64,000 bases of DNA from an uncultured Gammaproteobacteria bacterium (GCA_963803185.1 CAWDMF010000007.1:2718-66717); one strand, 5' to 3'. Shown: positions 25,675 through 38,068, numbered from the stretch's first letter. Numbers and translations: made by a program. Notes: generated by a model from the sequence alone, not told the origin.

Positions 25675-25770
25675 GCTCGCCACTGAGGCGCGTCATTTCT
25701 TCGTTGGAAAATGGTCGTTTACACCTGTAAACTCACATTTTCCGCCTCGAACTGACGCGCCTCAGCAGCA
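25675..25770. repeat. structured palindromic intergenic repeat element, copy A (tuf-rpsJ spacer)
   Basis: Outer stem CACTGAGGCGCGTCA / TGACGCGCCTCAG flanking inner hairpin GAAAATGgtcGTTTACAccTGTAAACtcaCATTTTC; second copy at 34200-34292 with compensatory changes. Confidence 0.6.
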
Positions 25771-25809
25771 ATCTGAATTGTTATCGTTATTTAAAGTTAA
25801 GAGAAAATT

Positions 25810-26121
25810 ATGGCTAATCAACACATTAGAATTCGTTTAAAAGCTTTCGATCACCACCTGATTGATAAATCAGCACACGAGATCGTCGAAACAGCAAAAC
25901 GTACGGGTGCGCATGTTAAAGGTCCTATTCCGTTACCAACGAAAAAAGAACGTTTTACTATTCTGATTTCTCCGCACGTGAACAAGGATGCCCGTGATCA
26001 GTACGAAATTCGCACGCATAAGCGTATGATGGATATTATTGATCCAACAGATAAAACAGTGGATGCTTTGATGAAGCTTGACCTGTCTGCTGGTGTTGAT
26101 GTGCAAATTAAACTAAATTAA
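25810..26121 (+). CDS. rpsJ: 30S ribosomal protein S10
   Basis: Sequence. Confidence 0.97.
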   Translation: MANQHIRIRLKAFDHHLIDKSAHEIVETAKRTGAHVKGPIPLPTKKERFTILISPHVNKDARDQYEIRTHKRMMDIIDPTDKTVDALMKLDLSAGVDVQIKLN

Positions 26122-26551
26122 TAGTAATTGCTCAGCTGGTCCTTGAAATCTGAGTAGCTACTCCTGATTTTGGCTGATCGCTGGTTAGTTACAAATTATT
26201 TTATAGATTTTTCGGTTTCACTCTTTAATTTAGACAAGAAACTGTTTATAATAGCTGGCTTTGCTGCCTGGCTAATAACAGAGCAACCTATGGTGGTTCT
26301 GTTATTTAAAGTTACGGCGCAAAGTACCTGATTATCGTAAGTCCTGAGTTTTTATTAAGGCAGGGATACTGCGACAACTGCAATCTGGCAAAGATTGTTT
26401 ATTGAAAGTTCGGTATAAATTTAATTCATTAATCACGACGGCTGTGAAAAGCGGTGTTCGTGATTAGATTACTGGCTCGCCTTAATATTTCTTCGGAAGT
26501 TTTATTTGCGGCTGGTTTTTTTATTAGTAGGTTTTGGTAGTAGGCACAGAT

Positions 26552-27203
26552 ATGACTATTGGTGTTATTGGTAGAAAAGCGGGTATGACGCGCGTATTCA
26601 CTGAAGAGGGCGGTTCAATTCCTGTCAGTGTTATCGAGGTTTCGTCTAACCGTATTACCCAGATTAAAACTGAAGAAACTGATGGTTATCAGGCGATTCA
26701 GATTACTACAGGTTCTAGAAAAGCATCTCGCGTCAATAAACCAATGGCTGGGCATTTTGCCAAAGCCGGTGTAGAAGCGGGTCGTGGCCTGTGGGAATTT
26801 CGCATAGAAGGTGATGAGGCTGCTGAGCTGGCTGTTGGTGGTGAAGTGTCTATCGATATATTTGAGGCGGGCCAAAAGATTGATGTTACCGGTACTACCA
26901 TAGGTAAGGGTTTTCAGGGTGGTATCAAGCGTCACAACTTTACTATGCAGGATGCTACACATGGTAACTCGATTTCGCATCGTTCAAACGGTTCCATAGG
27001 TATGTGTCAGACACCGGGTCGTGTGATCAAGGGTAAAAAAATGTCAGGTCACATGGGTAATGACGCGGCGCACGATACAGTCGCTGGAACTGGTGTCTGT
27101 AGATGCTGAGCGAGGCCTGTTATTAATCAAGGGTTCTGTGCCAGGATCAAAGGGCGGTAATGTAATTATTAAGCCGGCTGTTAAGGCTAAAAAAGCCAAA
27201 TAA
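26552..27203 (+). CDS. rplC: 50S ribosomal protein L3, with apparent +1-bp frameshift near 27065-27071 (GCGGCG)
   Basis: Frame 1 gives ..GHMGND then nonsense; frame 2 continues [36 protein letters not shown] matching L3 C-terminus. Confidence 0.85.
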
Positions 27204-27271
27204 TTTACGGATTACACTTTCCGACTAATTTTAGATAATACGTTTTTAAAGATTAAGCATAGAGATTAACC

Positions 27272-27931
27272 ATGGATCTGCAATTACATAATAGTAAAGA
27301 AACAATCGCTGTATCTGATGCAGTGTTTGGTCTTGAATACAAAGAAAGTCTGATTCATCAACTGGTGACTGCTTACATGGCTGCTGGTCGCGCAGGTACA
27401 GTTGCGCAGAAAAATCGTTCTGCAGTACGAGGCGGTGGTGCTAAGCCATGGAATCAAAAAGGTACGGGCCGTGCACGCGCGGGTACAAGTCGTAGTCCAC
27501 TGTGGCGTAGTGGTGGTACAACCTTTGCTGCTCAGCCGCGTGATTACAGGCAAAAGTTAAATAAAAAAATGTATAGAGCGGGTGTTCGTTCTATTTTGTC
27601 TGAATTGAACCGTCAGCAGCGTTTAATTGTTGTAGATGATATTACTGTTGATGCGCCTAAGACAAAACAGATGGCGGCTAAACTGGCTGAGCTGGGTGTG
27701 GCAGGTTCAGACAGAAGCGGGCCTTTAATTATTACTGAAACAGGCGATGAAAAATTATATTTATCTGCTCGCAATCTGCCACATGTAGAAGTGTGTGATG
27801 TTGCCGGTATGAATCCAGTGAATTTAGTTAGATCTGAGCATGTAGTGGTCACCGTTGGTGCAATACGTGCGATTGAAGAGCATCTTGATCAGCAGCAGTC
27901 TGGCCAGAAAAAAGATGGGGAGAGTGAATAA
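27272..27931 (+). CDS. rplD: 50S ribosomal protein L4
   Basis: Sequence. Confidence 0.95.
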   Translation: MDLQLHNSKETIAVSDAVFGLEYKESLIHQLVTAYMAAGRAGTVAQKNRSAVRGGGAKPWNQKGTGRARAGTSRSPLWRSGGTTFAAQPRDYRQKLNKKMYRAGVRSILSELNRQQRLIVVDDITVDAPKTKQMAAKLAELGVAGSDRSGPLIITETGDEKLYLSARNLPHVEVCDVAGMNPVNLVRSEHVVVTVGAIRAIEEHLDQQQSGQKKDGESE

Positions 27932-28227
27932 TGAATCAGGAGCGCATGCATCAGATTATAGTGTCGCCACATGTGTCTGAAAAAGGTAGCCTGCTGGCAG
28001 ATGAACAAAATCAACATGTCTTTAAAGTGCTGTCTACAGCAACGAAGACTGAAGTAAAACAAGCTGTTGAAGGTATGTTTAAAGTTAAAGTTGAAAAAGT
28101 ACGCATTTTAAACACTAAAGGTAAAGTTAAACGTTTTAGTGGTCGCATGGGTAAGCGCTCTGACATGCGGAAAGCTTACGTTACCTTAATGGCTGATAAT
28201 GATATTGATTTCTCTGGTTCGAAATAA
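27931..28227 (+). CDS. rplW: 50S ribosomal protein L23
   Basis: Sequence. Confidence 0.95.
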   Translation: MNQERMHQIIVSPHVSEKGSLLADEQNQHVFKVLSTATKTEVKQAVEGMFKVKVEKVRILNTKGKVKRFSGRMGKRSDMRKAYVTLMADNDIDFSGSK

Positions 28228-28255
28228 GCGAGACTGAGACAGAAGCGAGTTACTG

Positions 28256-29080
28256 ATGGCAATTGTAAAAACCAAACCAACATCACCTGGACGTCGATTT
28301 GTCGTTAAGGTTGTTAATAAAGAATTACATAAAGGTGCGCCTGAGCGAGCCCTGACTGAAAGTAAGAGTAAGTCCGGAGGTCGTAATAATGCAGGGCGTA
28401 TTAGTGTTCGCCACATTGGTGGTGGTCACAAGCAGCACTATCGTATTATCGACTTCAAGCGTAATAAGGATGGTATTCCTGCACGTGTAGAGCGAATTGA
28501 GTACGATCCGAATCGTACCGCAAACATCGCTCTGCTGGTTTATAAAGACGGTGTAAAGACTTACATTATTGCACCAAAAGGTGTTAAGGCAGGTGATACG
28601 CTGCAATCGGGTGCCGATGCACCGATTCGTGCCGGTAATACATTACCTATTGCCAATATTCCAGTTGGTTCGCAGATTCATTGCATTGAAATGAAGCCGG
28701 GTAAAGGTGCGCAGATTGCGCGTAGCGCCGGTACCACAGCGCAGTTGCTGGCACGTGAGGGCATGTATGCTACCTTGCGTTTACGTTCAGGTGAAATGCG
28801 CAAGATTCATACTGATTGTCGTGCAACGATTGGTGAAGTAGGTAATTCAGAGCATTCGTTGCGGTCATTAGGTAAAGCAGGTGCTACTCGCTGGCGCGGA
28901 GTGCGACCAACTGTTCGTGGTGTAGTTATGAATCCAGTTGATCATCCGCATGGTGGTGGTGAAGGTCGTACCTCCGGTGGTCGTCACCCTGTGTCACCAT
29001 GGGGTATGCCTACTAAAGGTTACCGAACACGCAGTAATAAGCGTACAGATAATATGATTTTGCGTCGCCGAAATAAATAA
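28256..29080 (+). CDS. rplB: 50S ribosomal protein L2
   Basis: Sequence. Confidence 0.97.
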   Translation: MAIVKTKPTSPGRRFVVKVVNKELHKGAPERALTESKSKSGGRNNAGRISVRHIGGGHKQHYRIIDFKRNKDGIPARVERIEYDPNRTANIALLVYKDGVKTYIIAPKGVKAGDTLQSGADAPIRAGNTLPIANIPVGSQIHCIEMKPGKGAQIARSAGTTAQLLAREGMYATLRLRSGEMRKIHTDCRATIGEVGNSEHSLRSLGKAGATRWRGVRPTVRGVVMNPVDHPHGGGEGRTSGGRHPVSPWGMPTKGYRTRSNKRTDNMILRRRNK

Positions 29081-29121
29081 TTACGCATAAATAGTAACAG
29101 CGAATAATTGAGGAAAGTTAA

Positions 29122-29394
29122 GTGCCACGTTCATTAAAAAAAGGTCCCTTTATTGATCATCATTTGATCACTAAAGTGAACAAAGCGGTAGAGACTAAAG
29201 ATCGCAAACCAATTAAAACCTGGTCACGTCGTTCAACAGTTTTCCCTGAAATGGTCGGTTTGACCATAGCGGTGCATAATGGTAGACAGCATGTACCGGT
29301 TCTGGTTAACGAAAACATGGTAGGTCATAAGTTGGGTGAGTTTGCTTTAACCCGTACTTATAGAGGCCATACTGCAAACAAGAAAGTAAAGTAA
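29122..29394 (+). CDS. rpsS: 30S ribosomal protein S19
   Basis: Sequence. Confidence 0.97.
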   Translation: MPRSLKKGPFIDHHLITKVNKAVETKDRKPIKTWSRRSTVFPEMVGLTIAVHNGRQHVPVLVNENMVGHKLGEFALTRTYRGHTANKKVK

Positions 29395-29405
29395 AAGGTG
29401 TCATT

Positions 29406-29738
29406 GTGGAAGTTATTGCAAAACATAGATACGCGCGTATTTCTCCTCAGAAATGTCGTTTGATTGCGGATCAAATACGTGGCTTACCTGTTGATAAAGC
29501 ATTAGATGCGTTAAATTTTGGCGTAACTAAATCATCAGACTTGATGAAAAAAGTACTGGAGTCTGCAATTGCTAATGCAGAACACAACGAAGGTGCTGAT
29601 ATTGATGAGCTTCATATTGCAAAAGTATTTGTAGATGAAGGGCCAACAATGAAGCGAATTCAGCCACGTGCGAAAGGCCGTGCTAACAGAATTTTAAAAC
29701 GTACAAGCCATATAACGGTTTGTGTGTCTGATCGTTAA
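29406..29738 (+). CDS. rplV: 50S ribosomal protein L22
   Basis: Sequence. Confidence 0.95.
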   Translation: MEVIAKHRYARISPQKCRLIADQIRGLPVDKALDALNFGVTKSSDLMKKVLESAIANAEHNEGADIDELHIAKVFVDEGPTMKRIQPRAKGRANRILKRTSHITVCVSDR

Positions 29739-29787
29739 CCGCAACGATTCATAATGATAAAGATCGGCCAATAAAGAGAACTGAATA

Positions 29788-30489
29788 ATGGGTCAAAAAG
29801 TACATCCAGTAGGTATGCGTTTAGGTATTTCAGCAGATTGGAATGCGAAGTGGTATGCATCAACAAAAGATTTTCCGAATCTTCTGAATGCAGACATACA
29901 GGTACGCGAGTTTTTGCATAAAAAACTGGCTAATGCCAATGTAAGCCGCATTCAAATTGAGCGCCCTACCGGCTCAGCAAATATCACTATACACACCGCT
30001 CGTCCTGGTGTGGTTATTGGTAAGAAAGGCGCAGACATAGAAGTACTGCGTAAAGAAATTGCAAAAATTATAGGTTTGCATGTCAACAGTGTCAAAGTAA
30101 ACATTGAAGAAATTCGTAAACCTGAACTTGATGCAAAATTAGTTGCTGAGAGTATTGCGCAGCAGCTTGAACGTCGTGTGATGTTCAGGCGTGCAATGAA
30201 ACGTGCTATTCAAAATACTATGCGCATGGGTGCGCAAGGCATAAAAATAAAAATTGGCGGCCGTTTGAATGGTGCTGAAATTGCACGTAGTGAGATGTAT
30301 CACGAAGGTCGCGTACCTTTGCATACCTTACGTGCAGATATTGATTACGGCACTTTCGAGGCGTTAACCACCTACGGAATTTTAGGTATTAAGGTCTGGA
30401 TTTATAAAGGTGAAGTTTTTGATCTTTATAAAGAAAAAGAGACAAAAGACGCTGCTAAAACAGGTGCTGGCGTGGCTGTTGGTAAGTAA
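29788..30489 (+). CDS. rpsC: 30S ribosomal protein S3
   Basis: Sequence. Confidence 0.97.
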   Translation: MGQKVHPVGMRLGISADWNAKWYASTKDFPNLLNADIQVREFLHKKLANANVSRIQIERPTGSANITIHTARPGVVIGKKGADIEVLRKEIAKIIGLHVNSVKVNIEEIRKPELDAKLVAESIAQQLERRVMFRRAMKRAIQNTMRMGAQGIKIKIGGRLNGAEIARSEMYHEGRVPLHTLRADIDYGTFEALTTYGILGIKVWIYKGEVFDLYKEKETKDAAKTGAGVAVGK

Positions 30490-30530
30490 ATACCAGGTAT
30501 CAGCCGAAGTCATAATTAGAGGATTATAAA

Positions 30531-30944
30531 GTGTTACAACCTAAGCGTACAAAATTTCGCAAAATGTTCAAAGGCAAGAACCGTGGTTTTGCTCAGAATG
30601 GCAATAAAGTCAGTTTTGGTGAATACGGTTTGAAAGCTACTGAACGTGGCCGTGTCTCAGCTCGCCAAATTGAAGCAGCTCGTCGTGCGATGACACGTAA
30701 AGTAAAACGTAGCGGTAAAATCTGGATTCGTATATTTCCTGATGTGCCTATTTCAAGCAAGCCGCTTGAAGTTCGTATGGGTAAAGGTAAGGGTAATGTT
30801 GATTACTGGTGTTCTAAAGTACAGCCAGGTACCGTTTTATATGAAATGGAAGGTGTGTCTGAAGAACTGGCACGTGAAGCTTTCCGGCTAGCGGCAACCA
30901 AGCTGTCAATTAAAACAACTTTTGTAATTCGTGCGGTGATGTAA
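30531..30944 (+). CDS. rplP: 50S ribosomal protein L16
   Basis: Sequence. Confidence 0.97.
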   Translation: MLQPKRTKFRKMFKGKNRGFAQNGNKVSFGEYGLKATERGRVSARQIEAARRAMTRKVKRSGKIWIRIFPDVPISSKPLEVRMGKGKGNVDYWCSKVQPGTVLYEMEGVSEELAREAFRLAATKLSIKTTFVIRAVM

Positions 30945-31186
30945 TGGCTTCTGCTCAAGAATATAGAAATATGTCTGAAAAAGATTTAAATGCTGAATTG
31001 TTAAACTTACGTCGTGAACAATTTAACCTGCGTATGCAACTGGGTTCGGGTAATACACCAAAAATTCATCGCTTTAGCATGGTTCGTCATGACATTGCGC
31101 GTATAAAAACAGTATTAACTGAAAAAACTCAACCAGGTAAAGCGGCAACTAAGCCATCGAAAATTAAACAAGCGGGTGATGCATAA
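30944..31186 (+). CDS. rpmC: 50S ribosomal protein L29
   Basis: Sequence (C-terminal extension relative to E. coli). Confidence 0.9.
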   Translation: MASAQEYRNMSEKDLNAELLNLRREQFNLRMQLGSGNTPKIHRFSMVRHDIARIKTVLTEKTQPGKAATKPSKIKQAGDA

Positions 31187-31479
31187 TGACCAGTGTTGAT
31201 ACAACAGCCGTTGCAGGAAATGAAGCAGCAAGCAAGCGAACTCTGCAGGGTGTGGTAACAAGTAGTGCTGGTGATAAATCAGCAACAATTATGATTGAGC
31301 GTCGCATTAAACATCCTATTTATGGAAAGTTTATTAAACGCTCAACCAAGATTCGACTTCACGATGAAGCAAACGAGTGTAATAAAGGTGACACAATCTT
31401 AATAGAAGAGTGTCGTCCTATGTCCAAGACCAAGTCCTGGAAGCTTGTAAAAGTTGTTGAAAAAGCTGCTGAGCTTTAA
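31186..31479 (+). CDS. rpsQ: 30S ribosomal protein S17
   Basis: Sequence. Confidence 0.93.
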   Translation: MTSVDTTAVAGNEAASKRTLQGVVTSSAGDKSATIMIERRIKHPIYGKFIKRSTKIRLHDEANECNKGDTILIEECRPMSKTKSWKLVKVVEKAAEL

Positions 31480-31534
31480 CGGCTAGACTGTAACGCTTAG
31501 GCTTTGATAATTAAAAGCAGGTAGAAATACAACC

Positions 31535-31903
31535 ATGATTCAAATGCAAACAATTTTAAATTCTGCTGATAACAGTGGCGCACGCAGCATGATGTGCATC
31601 AAAGTATTGGGTGGATCACATCGTCGTTATGCTCGTGTTGGTGATGTCATTAAAGTAAGTATTAAAGATGCGATACCTCGCGGTAAAGTAAAAAAAGGTG
31701 AAGTTTATAACGCAGTTGTAGTACGTACCAAAAAAGGTGTGCGTCGTTCTGATGGTTCAACAATTCGCTTTGATAGCAATGCTGCTGTTATTTTAAATGC
31801 TAATTTACAGCCAGTAGGTACACGTATTTTTGGCCCGGTAACACGTGAATTGCGCAATGAAAAATTTATGAAAATTGTTTCACTTGCACCGGAAGTACTG
31901 TAA
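31535..31903 (+). CDS. rplN: 50S ribosomal protein L14
   Basis: Sequence. Confidence 0.97.
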   Translation: MIQMQTILNSADNSGARSMMCIKVLGGSHRRYARVGDVIKVSIKDAIPRGKVKKGEVYNAVVVRTKKGVRRSDGSTIRFDSNAAVILNANLQPVGTRIFGPVTRELRNEKFMKIVSLAPEVL

Positions 31904-31955
31904 TTAAATTATCGCAAACGAGCGCAAATTCCAGATATTAGTTGGATAGAAGAGT

Positions 31956-32270
31956 ATGAAACGTATTAAAAAAGGTGATCAGGTCATCGTTATTACTGGC
32001 AAGGATAAAGGTCGTCAAGGTACAGTATTAAATGTAGCTGATGATAGTGTTCTTGTTGAGGCTATAAATATGGCTAAGAAGCACACCAAAGCAAATCCTA
32101 TGGCAGGCATTGAAGGTGGTATTGTGGATATGGCAATGCCATTGAACATATCAAATGTGATGCTGTTTAATCCAATGACCAATAAAGGCGATCGTATTGG
32201 TTTTAAAACGCTGGAAGACGGTCGTAAAGTGCGTTACTTCAAGTCTAACGGCGAAGTCGTAGACGTATAA
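31956..32270 (+). CDS. rplX: 50S ribosomal protein L24
   Basis: Sequence. Confidence 0.95.
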   Translation: MKRIKKGDQVIVITGKDKGRQGTVLNVADDSVLVEAINMAKKHTKANPMAGIEGGIVDMAMPLNISNVMLFNPMTNKGDRIGFKTLEDGRKVRYFKSNGEVVDV

Positions 32271-32281
32271 GGTAAAGAATA

Positions 32282-32842
32282 ATGTCAAGATTACAAGAAT
32301 TTTATCGTGATACAGTCGTTAAGAATCTAATGGCTACAGGCGCTTACAAAAATGTAATGGACGTGCCTCGTATTACTAAAATCACTATAAACATGGGTTT
32401 GGGTGAGGCGATTGGTGATAAAAAAGTATTAGAAAATGCTTTGTCAGACATGGAAAAAATTGCTGGTCAAAAACCGGTAACAACATTGGCGCGTAAATCT
32501 GTCGCTTCGTTTAAAGTACGTGATGGTTACCCAATCGGCTGTAAAGTAACGCTACGCAGTGAAAGAATGTACGAGTTTCTGGACCGTTTAATCAGTATCT
32601 CTGTGCCACGTATTCGAGATTTTCGCGGTTTAAATCCAAAATCATTTGATGGTCGTGGTAACTACAACATGGGCGTTAAAGAGCAGATTATTTTTCCTGA
32701 AATCGAATATGAAAAAATCGACAAAATCCGCGGAATGGATATTTGTATAACAACAACTGCAGCGGATAACGAAAGTGGTCTTGCATTGTTAAAAGAGTTT
32801 AATTTCCCCTTCAAAGGCGAAAACAAGCAGGGTAATAAATAA
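32282..32842 (+). CDS. rplE: 50S ribosomal protein L5
   Basis: Sequence. Confidence 0.95.
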   Translation: MSRLQEFYRDTVVKNLMATGAYKNVMDVPRITKITINMGLGEAIGDKKVLENALSDMEKIAGQKPVTTLARKSVASFKVRDGYPIGCKVTLRSERMYEFLDRLISISVPRIRDFRGLNPKSFDGRGNYNMGVKEQIIFPEIEYEKIDKIRGMDICITTTAADNESGLALLKEFNFPFKGENKQGNK

Positions 32843-32843
32843 C

Positions 32844-33149
32844 ATGGCAAAGAAATCTATGGTTGCTCGCGAGCACAAACGTACTCGCCTGGTAGAACAA
32901 TACGCTGACAAGCGTGCAAAGTTTAAAGCAGTACTGATTGATCAAAATGCAAGTTTTGATGAAAAAATGGAAGCACAACGTCAGTTGCAAACATTGCCTA
33001 GAGATTCCAGCCGTTCACGTGGTCGTAATAGATGCCGCATAACCGGACGTCCACACGGTGTATTTCGTAAGTTTGGTTTATGCAGAAATAAATTACGTGA
33101 AGCTGCAATGCGTGGCGATATTCCTGGCCTTGTTAAGGCCAGTTGGTAG
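32844..33149 (+). CDS. rpsN: 30S ribosomal protein S14
   Basis: Sequence. Confidence 0.95.
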   Translation: MAKKSMVAREHKRTRLVEQYADKRAKFKAVLIDQNASFDEKMEAQRQLQTLPRDSSRSRGRNRCRITGRPHGVFRKFGLCRNKLREAAMRGDIPGLVKASW

Positions 33150-33161
33150 AGGTATTTCATT

Positions 33162-33552
33162 ATGATGACAGATCCTATAGCAGATATGCTAACACGCGTT
33201 CGAAATGCGCAAGCAGCATCAAAAGTTGATGTTACGATGCCATCGTCCAAGTTAAAGCTTTCTATTGCAAAAGTATTGCAGGATGAAGGTTATATTGCGG
33301 GTTATTCAAGTGACAACGCAGTTAAGCCAACTTTAACGGTCACTTTGAAATATTATGAAGGACGCCCGGTTATTGACGAGTTAAAACGTATAAGTCGTCC
33401 TGGTTTGCGTATTTATAAAAATAAAAACGAATTGCCAAAAATCCTTAAATGGTTTAGGTATTGCCATTGTGTCAACATCTGCGGGTGTAATGACAGATCG
33501 AGAAGCGCGCGACTCTGGTCGCGGTGGTGAAATCATTTGCACCGTTTCGTAA
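33162..33552 (+). CDS. rpsH: 30S ribosomal protein S8, with apparent 1-bp insertion in AAA run near 33447
   Basis: Annotated frame ends in ..[30 protein letters not shown]; alternate frame gives canonical [34 protein letters not shown] ending at 33552. Confidence 0.85.
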
Positions 33553-33651
33553 AAGTCGAATTTTTGATAACGGGCTTTTGATAAAGCATAAACTGATTGA
33601 ATTATAGAAATATACTGAGCTGTAACAAGCTTATAAACATAGAGAAAAACA

Positions 33652-34185
33652 ATGTCTCGTATTGCTAAACAACCTGTGGAACTGGTACCTGGTGTGGAAG
33701 TTAACATCAGCGGTCAGTCTATTACTGCAAAAGGTAAAAAAGAATCCTTATCACTGAAATTGCATGAAACAGTGAGTGTGAAACAGGAAGACGGTGCGCT
33801 TACTTTTTCACCAAATGATGATTCAAAAGGCAGTATGGCAATGGCTGGAACAATGCGTTCTCTGTTCAATAACATGGTGATTGGTGTTAGTGAAGGTTAT
33901 AGCAGGCAGTTGCAGTTAGTCGGCGTGGGTTACAGAGCACAAATGCAGGGCAACGTTCTTGATTTGTCTTTAGGCTTTTCACACCCGGTTAAGTATGCGA
34001 TACCAGAAGGCATCACTATTGAAACGCCCAGCCAGACAGAAATTAACGTAAAAGGCGCTGACAAACAAAAAGTTGGTCAGGTCTGTGCAGAGATTAGAGC
34101 TTATCGTCCACCAGAGCCATATAAAGGTAAAGGTGTCAGATATTCAGATGAGCGTGTAATACGCAAAGAAGCGAAGAAAAAATAA
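33652..34185 (+). CDS. rplF: 50S ribosomal protein L6
   Basis: Sequence. Confidence 0.95.
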   Translation: MSRIAKQPVELVPGVEVNISGQSITAKGKKESLSLKLHETVSVKQEDGALTFSPNDDSKGSMAMAGTMRSLFNNMVIGVSEGYSRQLQLVGVGYRAQMQGNVLDLSLGFSHPVKYAIPEGITIETPSQTEINVKGADKQKVGQVCAEIRAYRPPEPYKGKGVRYSDERVIRKEAKKK

Positions 34186-34199
34186 TGTAATAGCTCATA

Positions 34200-34292
34200 T
34201 CACCACTGAAATACGCCGGCACTGCGTTAAAAAATGTTTATTTACACTTGTAAATGCACATTTTTCGCCTTGATCTGACAAATTTCAGCGGT
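34200..34292. repeat. structured palindromic intergenic repeat element, copy B (rplF-rplR spacer)
   Basis: CCACTGAAAT...AAAAATGtttATTTACActTGTAAATgcaCATTTTT...ATTTCAGCGG; same architecture as 25675-25770 with base-pair covariation. Confidence 0.6.
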
Positions 34293-34337
34293 AATCTGAA
34301 CCATTACAAAGATGCAAAGTAAATATAGAGCAAGATT

Positions 34338-34694
34338 ATGATATCTAAAAAAGCAAATAGAATGCGACGTGCAAAAAGAACGCGCGCAAAAATAAGTGAA
34401 CTGGGCGCGCATCGTTTAACTGTTCATCGTACGCCTCGTCATATTTATGCGCAGGTAGTTTCCCCTGATGGCAGTAAAGTTGTTGCAGCCGCTTCAACAG
34501 TGCAAAAAGATATTGCTAGTGATGCAAAATATACAGGCAATACTGATGCCGCATCATTAGTCGGTAAAGCAATTGCTGAAAAATCAAAATCTGCAGGTAT
34601 TACTACTGTAGCGTTTGATCGCTCAGGTTTTCGTTACCACGGTCGTGTGAAAGCGTTAGCAGAAGCAGCTCGTGAAAGCGGGTTAGAGTTTTAG
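34338..34694 (+). CDS. rplR: 50S ribosomal protein L18
   Basis: Sequence. Confidence 0.95.
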   Translation: MISKKANRMRRAKRTRAKISELGAHRLTVHRTPRHIYAQVVSPDGSKVVAAASTVQKDIASDAKYTGNTDAASLVGKAIAEKSKSAGITTVAFDRSGFRYHGRVKALAEAARESGLEF

Positions 34695-34772
34695 TCGCCG
34701 TTTTATAAGTACAACGGTTTATACAGGTTTATAAGCGGATTAATCATAAAAGATTAAATATAGGGTTTAAGC

Positions 34773-35279
34773 ATGGCACAAGCAGATAATTCAGCAAATA
34801 AAGATGACTTCATTGAAAAATTAGTTGCTGTTAATCGTGTAGCAAAGGTAGTCAAAGGTGGTCGTCAATTTGGTTTTACTGCACTAACAGTAGTTGGTGA
34901 TGGTAACGGTACAATTGGTTTTGGTTACGGTAAAGCAAAAGAAGTGCCGCTGGCTATTCAGAAAGCAATGGATAAAGCGCGCAAAAACATGAAAGCAGTT
35001 CCATTAAAAGGTGATACTTTGCAACACGCTATTACAGGTATACATGGCGCAGCTAATGTGTACATGCAGCCTGCATCTGACGGTACCGGTATTATTGCAG
35101 GTGGTGCGATGCGTGCAGTATTCGAAGCGGTTGGTGTGAAAAATGTACTGGCTAAAATTAATGGCACGCGTAACCCGGTGAATGTTGTGCGTGCGACAAT
35201 TAATGGTCTTTCAGCTATGTCGTCACCCGAATATGTTGCTGCTAAACGTGGCAAGAAAATTGAAGAAATCATAGGCTAG
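34773..35279 (+). CDS. rpsE: 30S ribosomal protein S5
   Basis: Sequence. Confidence 0.97.
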   Translation: MAQADNSANKDDFIEKLVAVNRVAKVVKGGRQFGFTALTVVGDGNGTIGFGYGKAKEVPLAIQKAMDKARKNMKAVPLKGDTLQHAITGIHGAANVYMQPASDGTGIIAGGAMRAVFEAVGVKNVLAKINGTRNPVNVVRATINGLSAMSSPEYVAAKRGKKIEEIIG

Positions 35280-35373
35280 AATTCAGTTTACATAGCGAAT
35301 TAAAATCGCCAGGTAGAGTAGATAATACTGGTAGATAGAAGCAGCTGGTAGAAACAAGTAGGTAAAGATAAGC

Positions 35374-35559
35374 ATGGCTAACAAACAATTAAAAGTAACG
35401 CTAACTAAAAGCATCATCGGCCGCTTAAAAGCTCACAAAGCTTGCGCGCGTGGTTTAGGTTTATTGCGTACACATCATACCGTTACTGTTCAGGATACGC
35501 CTGAAAACCGTGGCATGATTAACAAGATTTATTACATGGTTAGTGTTGAGGAAGCCTAG
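35374..35559 (+). CDS. rpmD: 50S ribosomal protein L30
   Basis: Sequence. Confidence 0.93.
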   Translation: MANKQLKVTLTKSIIGRLKAHKACARGLGLLRTHHTVTVQDTPENRGMINKIYYMVSVEEA

Positions 35560-35576
35560 TGATGGAAACAAATAAT

Positions 35577-36017
35577 ATGCATTTAAATACACTGCAACCT
35601 GCAGCAGGTAGTAAAAAGAATAGCAAGCGCGTAGGTCGCGGCATTGGTTCTGGTACAGGCAAGACCTGTGGTCGAGGCCACAAAGGTCAGAAATCCCGTT
35701 CAGGCGGATTCACTAAAGTTGGTTTTGAAGGTGGTCAAATGCCTTTGCAGCGTCGTCTGCCTAAAGTGGGTTTTGCATCGCGCTCTTCTAAATCAAGTGC
35801 AGAAGTACGCCTCTATGAGCTGACTAAAATAGATGCTGACATTATTGATCTGGATGCATTGATCAAAGCGAATATAGTGCCGGCAAATACACTAAAAGCG
35901 AAAGTAATTGCTTCTGGTGTGATTTCAAAAGCGGTACAACTAAAAGGTATTAAAGTGACACCCGGTGCGCGTAAAGCTATTGAAGCTGCTGGCGGTAAAA
36001 TCGAGGACGTTGCCTAG
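35577..36017 (+). CDS. rplO: 50S ribosomal protein L15
   Basis: Start trimmed to [14 protein letters not shown].. by homology to L15 N-terminus. Confidence 0.9.
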   Translation: MHLNTLQPAAGSKKNSKRVGRGIGSGTGKTCGRGHKGQKSRSGGFTKVGFEGGQMPLQRRLPKVGFASRSSKSSAEVRLYELTKIDADIIDLDALIKANIVPANTLKAKVIASGVISKAVQLKGIKVTPGARKAIEAAGGKIEDVA

Positions 36018-36090
36018 AATAGAGTTGCGAATAGCGGCGCTAGTACCTGGCAATATATATTAATGACAACGATTTGATGGCAACAACTTA

Positions 36091-37398
36091 ATGGCAAACG
36101 CAGGCAAATTTACTGAATTAAAACAACGCATCTTATTTGTTATTGGTGCATTGATTGTATTTAGAATAGGGACTTTTATTCCTGTTCCCGGTATTGATCC
36201 TACTGTGTTGTCATCACTCTTTGATCAGCAAAAGGGCAGCATCCTCGGTGTCTTTAATATGTTTTCTGGTGGCGCATTAGGACGTATGTCGCTGTTTGCA
36301 TTGGGTATCATGCCTTATATTTCGGCATCGATTATTATGCAGCTATTAGCTGTTACCGTGCCTTCACTGGAGCAGCTAAAGAAAGAAGGTGAACCGGGTC
36401 GGCGTAAAATAGCAATGTATACACGCTACTTTACACTGGTATTGGCCTCTTTTCAGGCAGTTGGTATTTCAACTGCATTGCAGGCGCAGTCTATTGGTGC
36501 CTCGCCACTGGTGATGAATCCCGGTATAAGTTTTATCTTTACTGCAGCGGTTACCCTGGTAACGGGTACCATGTTCTTAATGTGGTTAGGTGAACAGGTT
36601 ACGGAACGTGGTATTGGCAATGGTATATCCATTATCATCTTCGCCGGTATTGTTGCTGGTTTGCCAGCAGCGGTGGGTGGCACACTGGAACTGGTAAGAA
36701 CGGGTGAATTACATACACTGGCAACCCTGGTATTGTTTGTTTTAGCAGTTGCAGTAACAGCCTTTGTTGTCTTTATTGAAAGAGGGCAGCGCCGAATCAC
36801 GGTTAATTATGCGAAGAAGCAACAGGGTCGTCGTATGTACCAGGCGCAGAGTAGCCATTTGCCGTTGAAGCTGAATATGGCGGGTGTGATTCCACCTATT
36901 TTTGCTTCTAGTATAATTTTGTTTCCAGCCACCATGGCTAGCTGGACCGGGCAAACTGAAGGCATGGAATGGTTGTCAGATATCGCTGCCAAGATATCAC
37001 CGGGGCAACCGATTTATATAATCTTATTTGCTATTGCGATTATATTTTTCTGCTTCTTTTATACCGCGTTGCAGTTTAATGCGCGTGATACAGCAGACAA
37101 CCTGAAAAAAAGCGGTGCATTTGTACCGGGTATACGCCCAGGCGAACAAACTGCCAGGTATATTGATAAGGTAATGACACGATTAACATTTGTCGGTGCG
37201 TTATATATAACTTCTGTCTGTTTGTTGCCCGAATTTTTGATTTTGTACTGGAATGTTCCATTTTACTTTGGCGGTACATCACTACTGATTATCGTGGTGG
37301 TGGTAATGGACTTCATGGCACAGATACAGTCACACCTGATGTCGCACCAGTATGAAGGTATTATGAAAAAAGCCCACCTTGATGGCTATAAACGATAA
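36091..37398 (+). CDS. secY: preprotein translocase subunit SecY
   Basis: 435 aa, 10 TM segments, canonical position. Confidence 0.97.
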   Translation: MANAGKFTELKQRILFVIGALIVFRIGTFIPVPGIDPTVLSSLFDQQKGSILGVFNMFSGGALGRMSLFALGIMPYISASIIMQLLAVTVPSLEQLKKEGEPGRRKIAMYTRYFTLVLASFQAVGISTALQAQSIGASPLVMNPGISFIFTAAVTLVTGTMFLMWLGEQVTERGIGNGISIIIFAGIVAGLPAAVGGTLELVRTGELHTLATLVLFVLAVAVTAFVVFIERGQRRITVNYAKKQQGRRMYQAQSSHLPLKLNMAGVIPPIFASSIILFPATMASWTGQTEGMEWLSDIAAKISPGQPIYIILFAIAIIFFCFFYTALQFNARDTADNLKKSGAFVPGIRPGEQTARYIDKVMTRLTFVGALYITSVCLLPEFLILYWNVPFYFGGTSLLIIVVVVMDFMAQIQSHLMSHQYEGIMKKAHLDGYKR

Positions 37399-37498
37399 CA
37401 GGAAAATAACAGCCGGGTTTAGCCCGGTGTTACTAAGATTTTACAAAGTCAGGCTTTATTAAGTTTGTCTTTATATAGAAAGAAGCGAGATTAAGAAA

Positions 37499-37612
37499 AT
37501 GAAAGTACGTGCATCTGTAAAGAAAATGTGTCGCAACTGTAAAATTGTTAAACGTAGCGGTGTGGTACGTGTGATCTGTACTGATCCTCGACATAAACAA
37601 CGCCAGGGCTGA
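37499..37612 (+). CDS. rpmJ: 50S ribosomal protein L36
   Basis: [37 protein letters not shown]; too short for the ORF track. Confidence 0.93.
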   Translation: MKVRASVKKMCRNCKIVKRSGVVRVICTDPRHKQRQG

Positions 37613-37711
37613 TAAAACATCGTTCAGCGAACTGGTTGATACAATCCTATTGATTTAGGCCCATATTATTAGTAAAATTGCGCGCTTTGTCGCGATAAGA
37701 CGGAAACCATA

Positions 37712-38068
37712 ATGGCTCGTATTGCAGGTATAAATATTCCATCAAATAAGCACACCGTAATTGGCTTAAGATCCATATACGGCGTGGGACTGACCCGTGC
37801 TCAACAAATTTGCGCAGCAACAGGTATTGCTGAGAGCGCAAAAATTGGTGAACTTTCAGAAGAACAACTGGAAACATTACGTACTGAGGTAGGTAAATAT
37901 TCTGTTGAAGGCGACTTACGTCGTGAAGTTTCAATGAGCATTAAACGTTTGATGGATCTAGGTTGTTATCGTGGTATCCGTCACCGTCGTGGATTACCAC
38001 TACGTGGGCAGCGCACAAAAACAAATGCACGAACACGCAAAGGTCCACGTCGTCCCATAACGAGATAA
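37712..38068 (+). CDS. rpsM: 30S ribosomal protein S13
   Basis: Sequence. Confidence 0.97.
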   Translation: MARIAGINIPSNKHTVIGLRSIYGVGLTRAQQICAATGIAESAKIGELSEEQLETLRTEVGKYSVEGDLRREVSMSIKRLMDLGCYRGIRHRRGLPLRGQRTKTNARTRKGPRRPITR

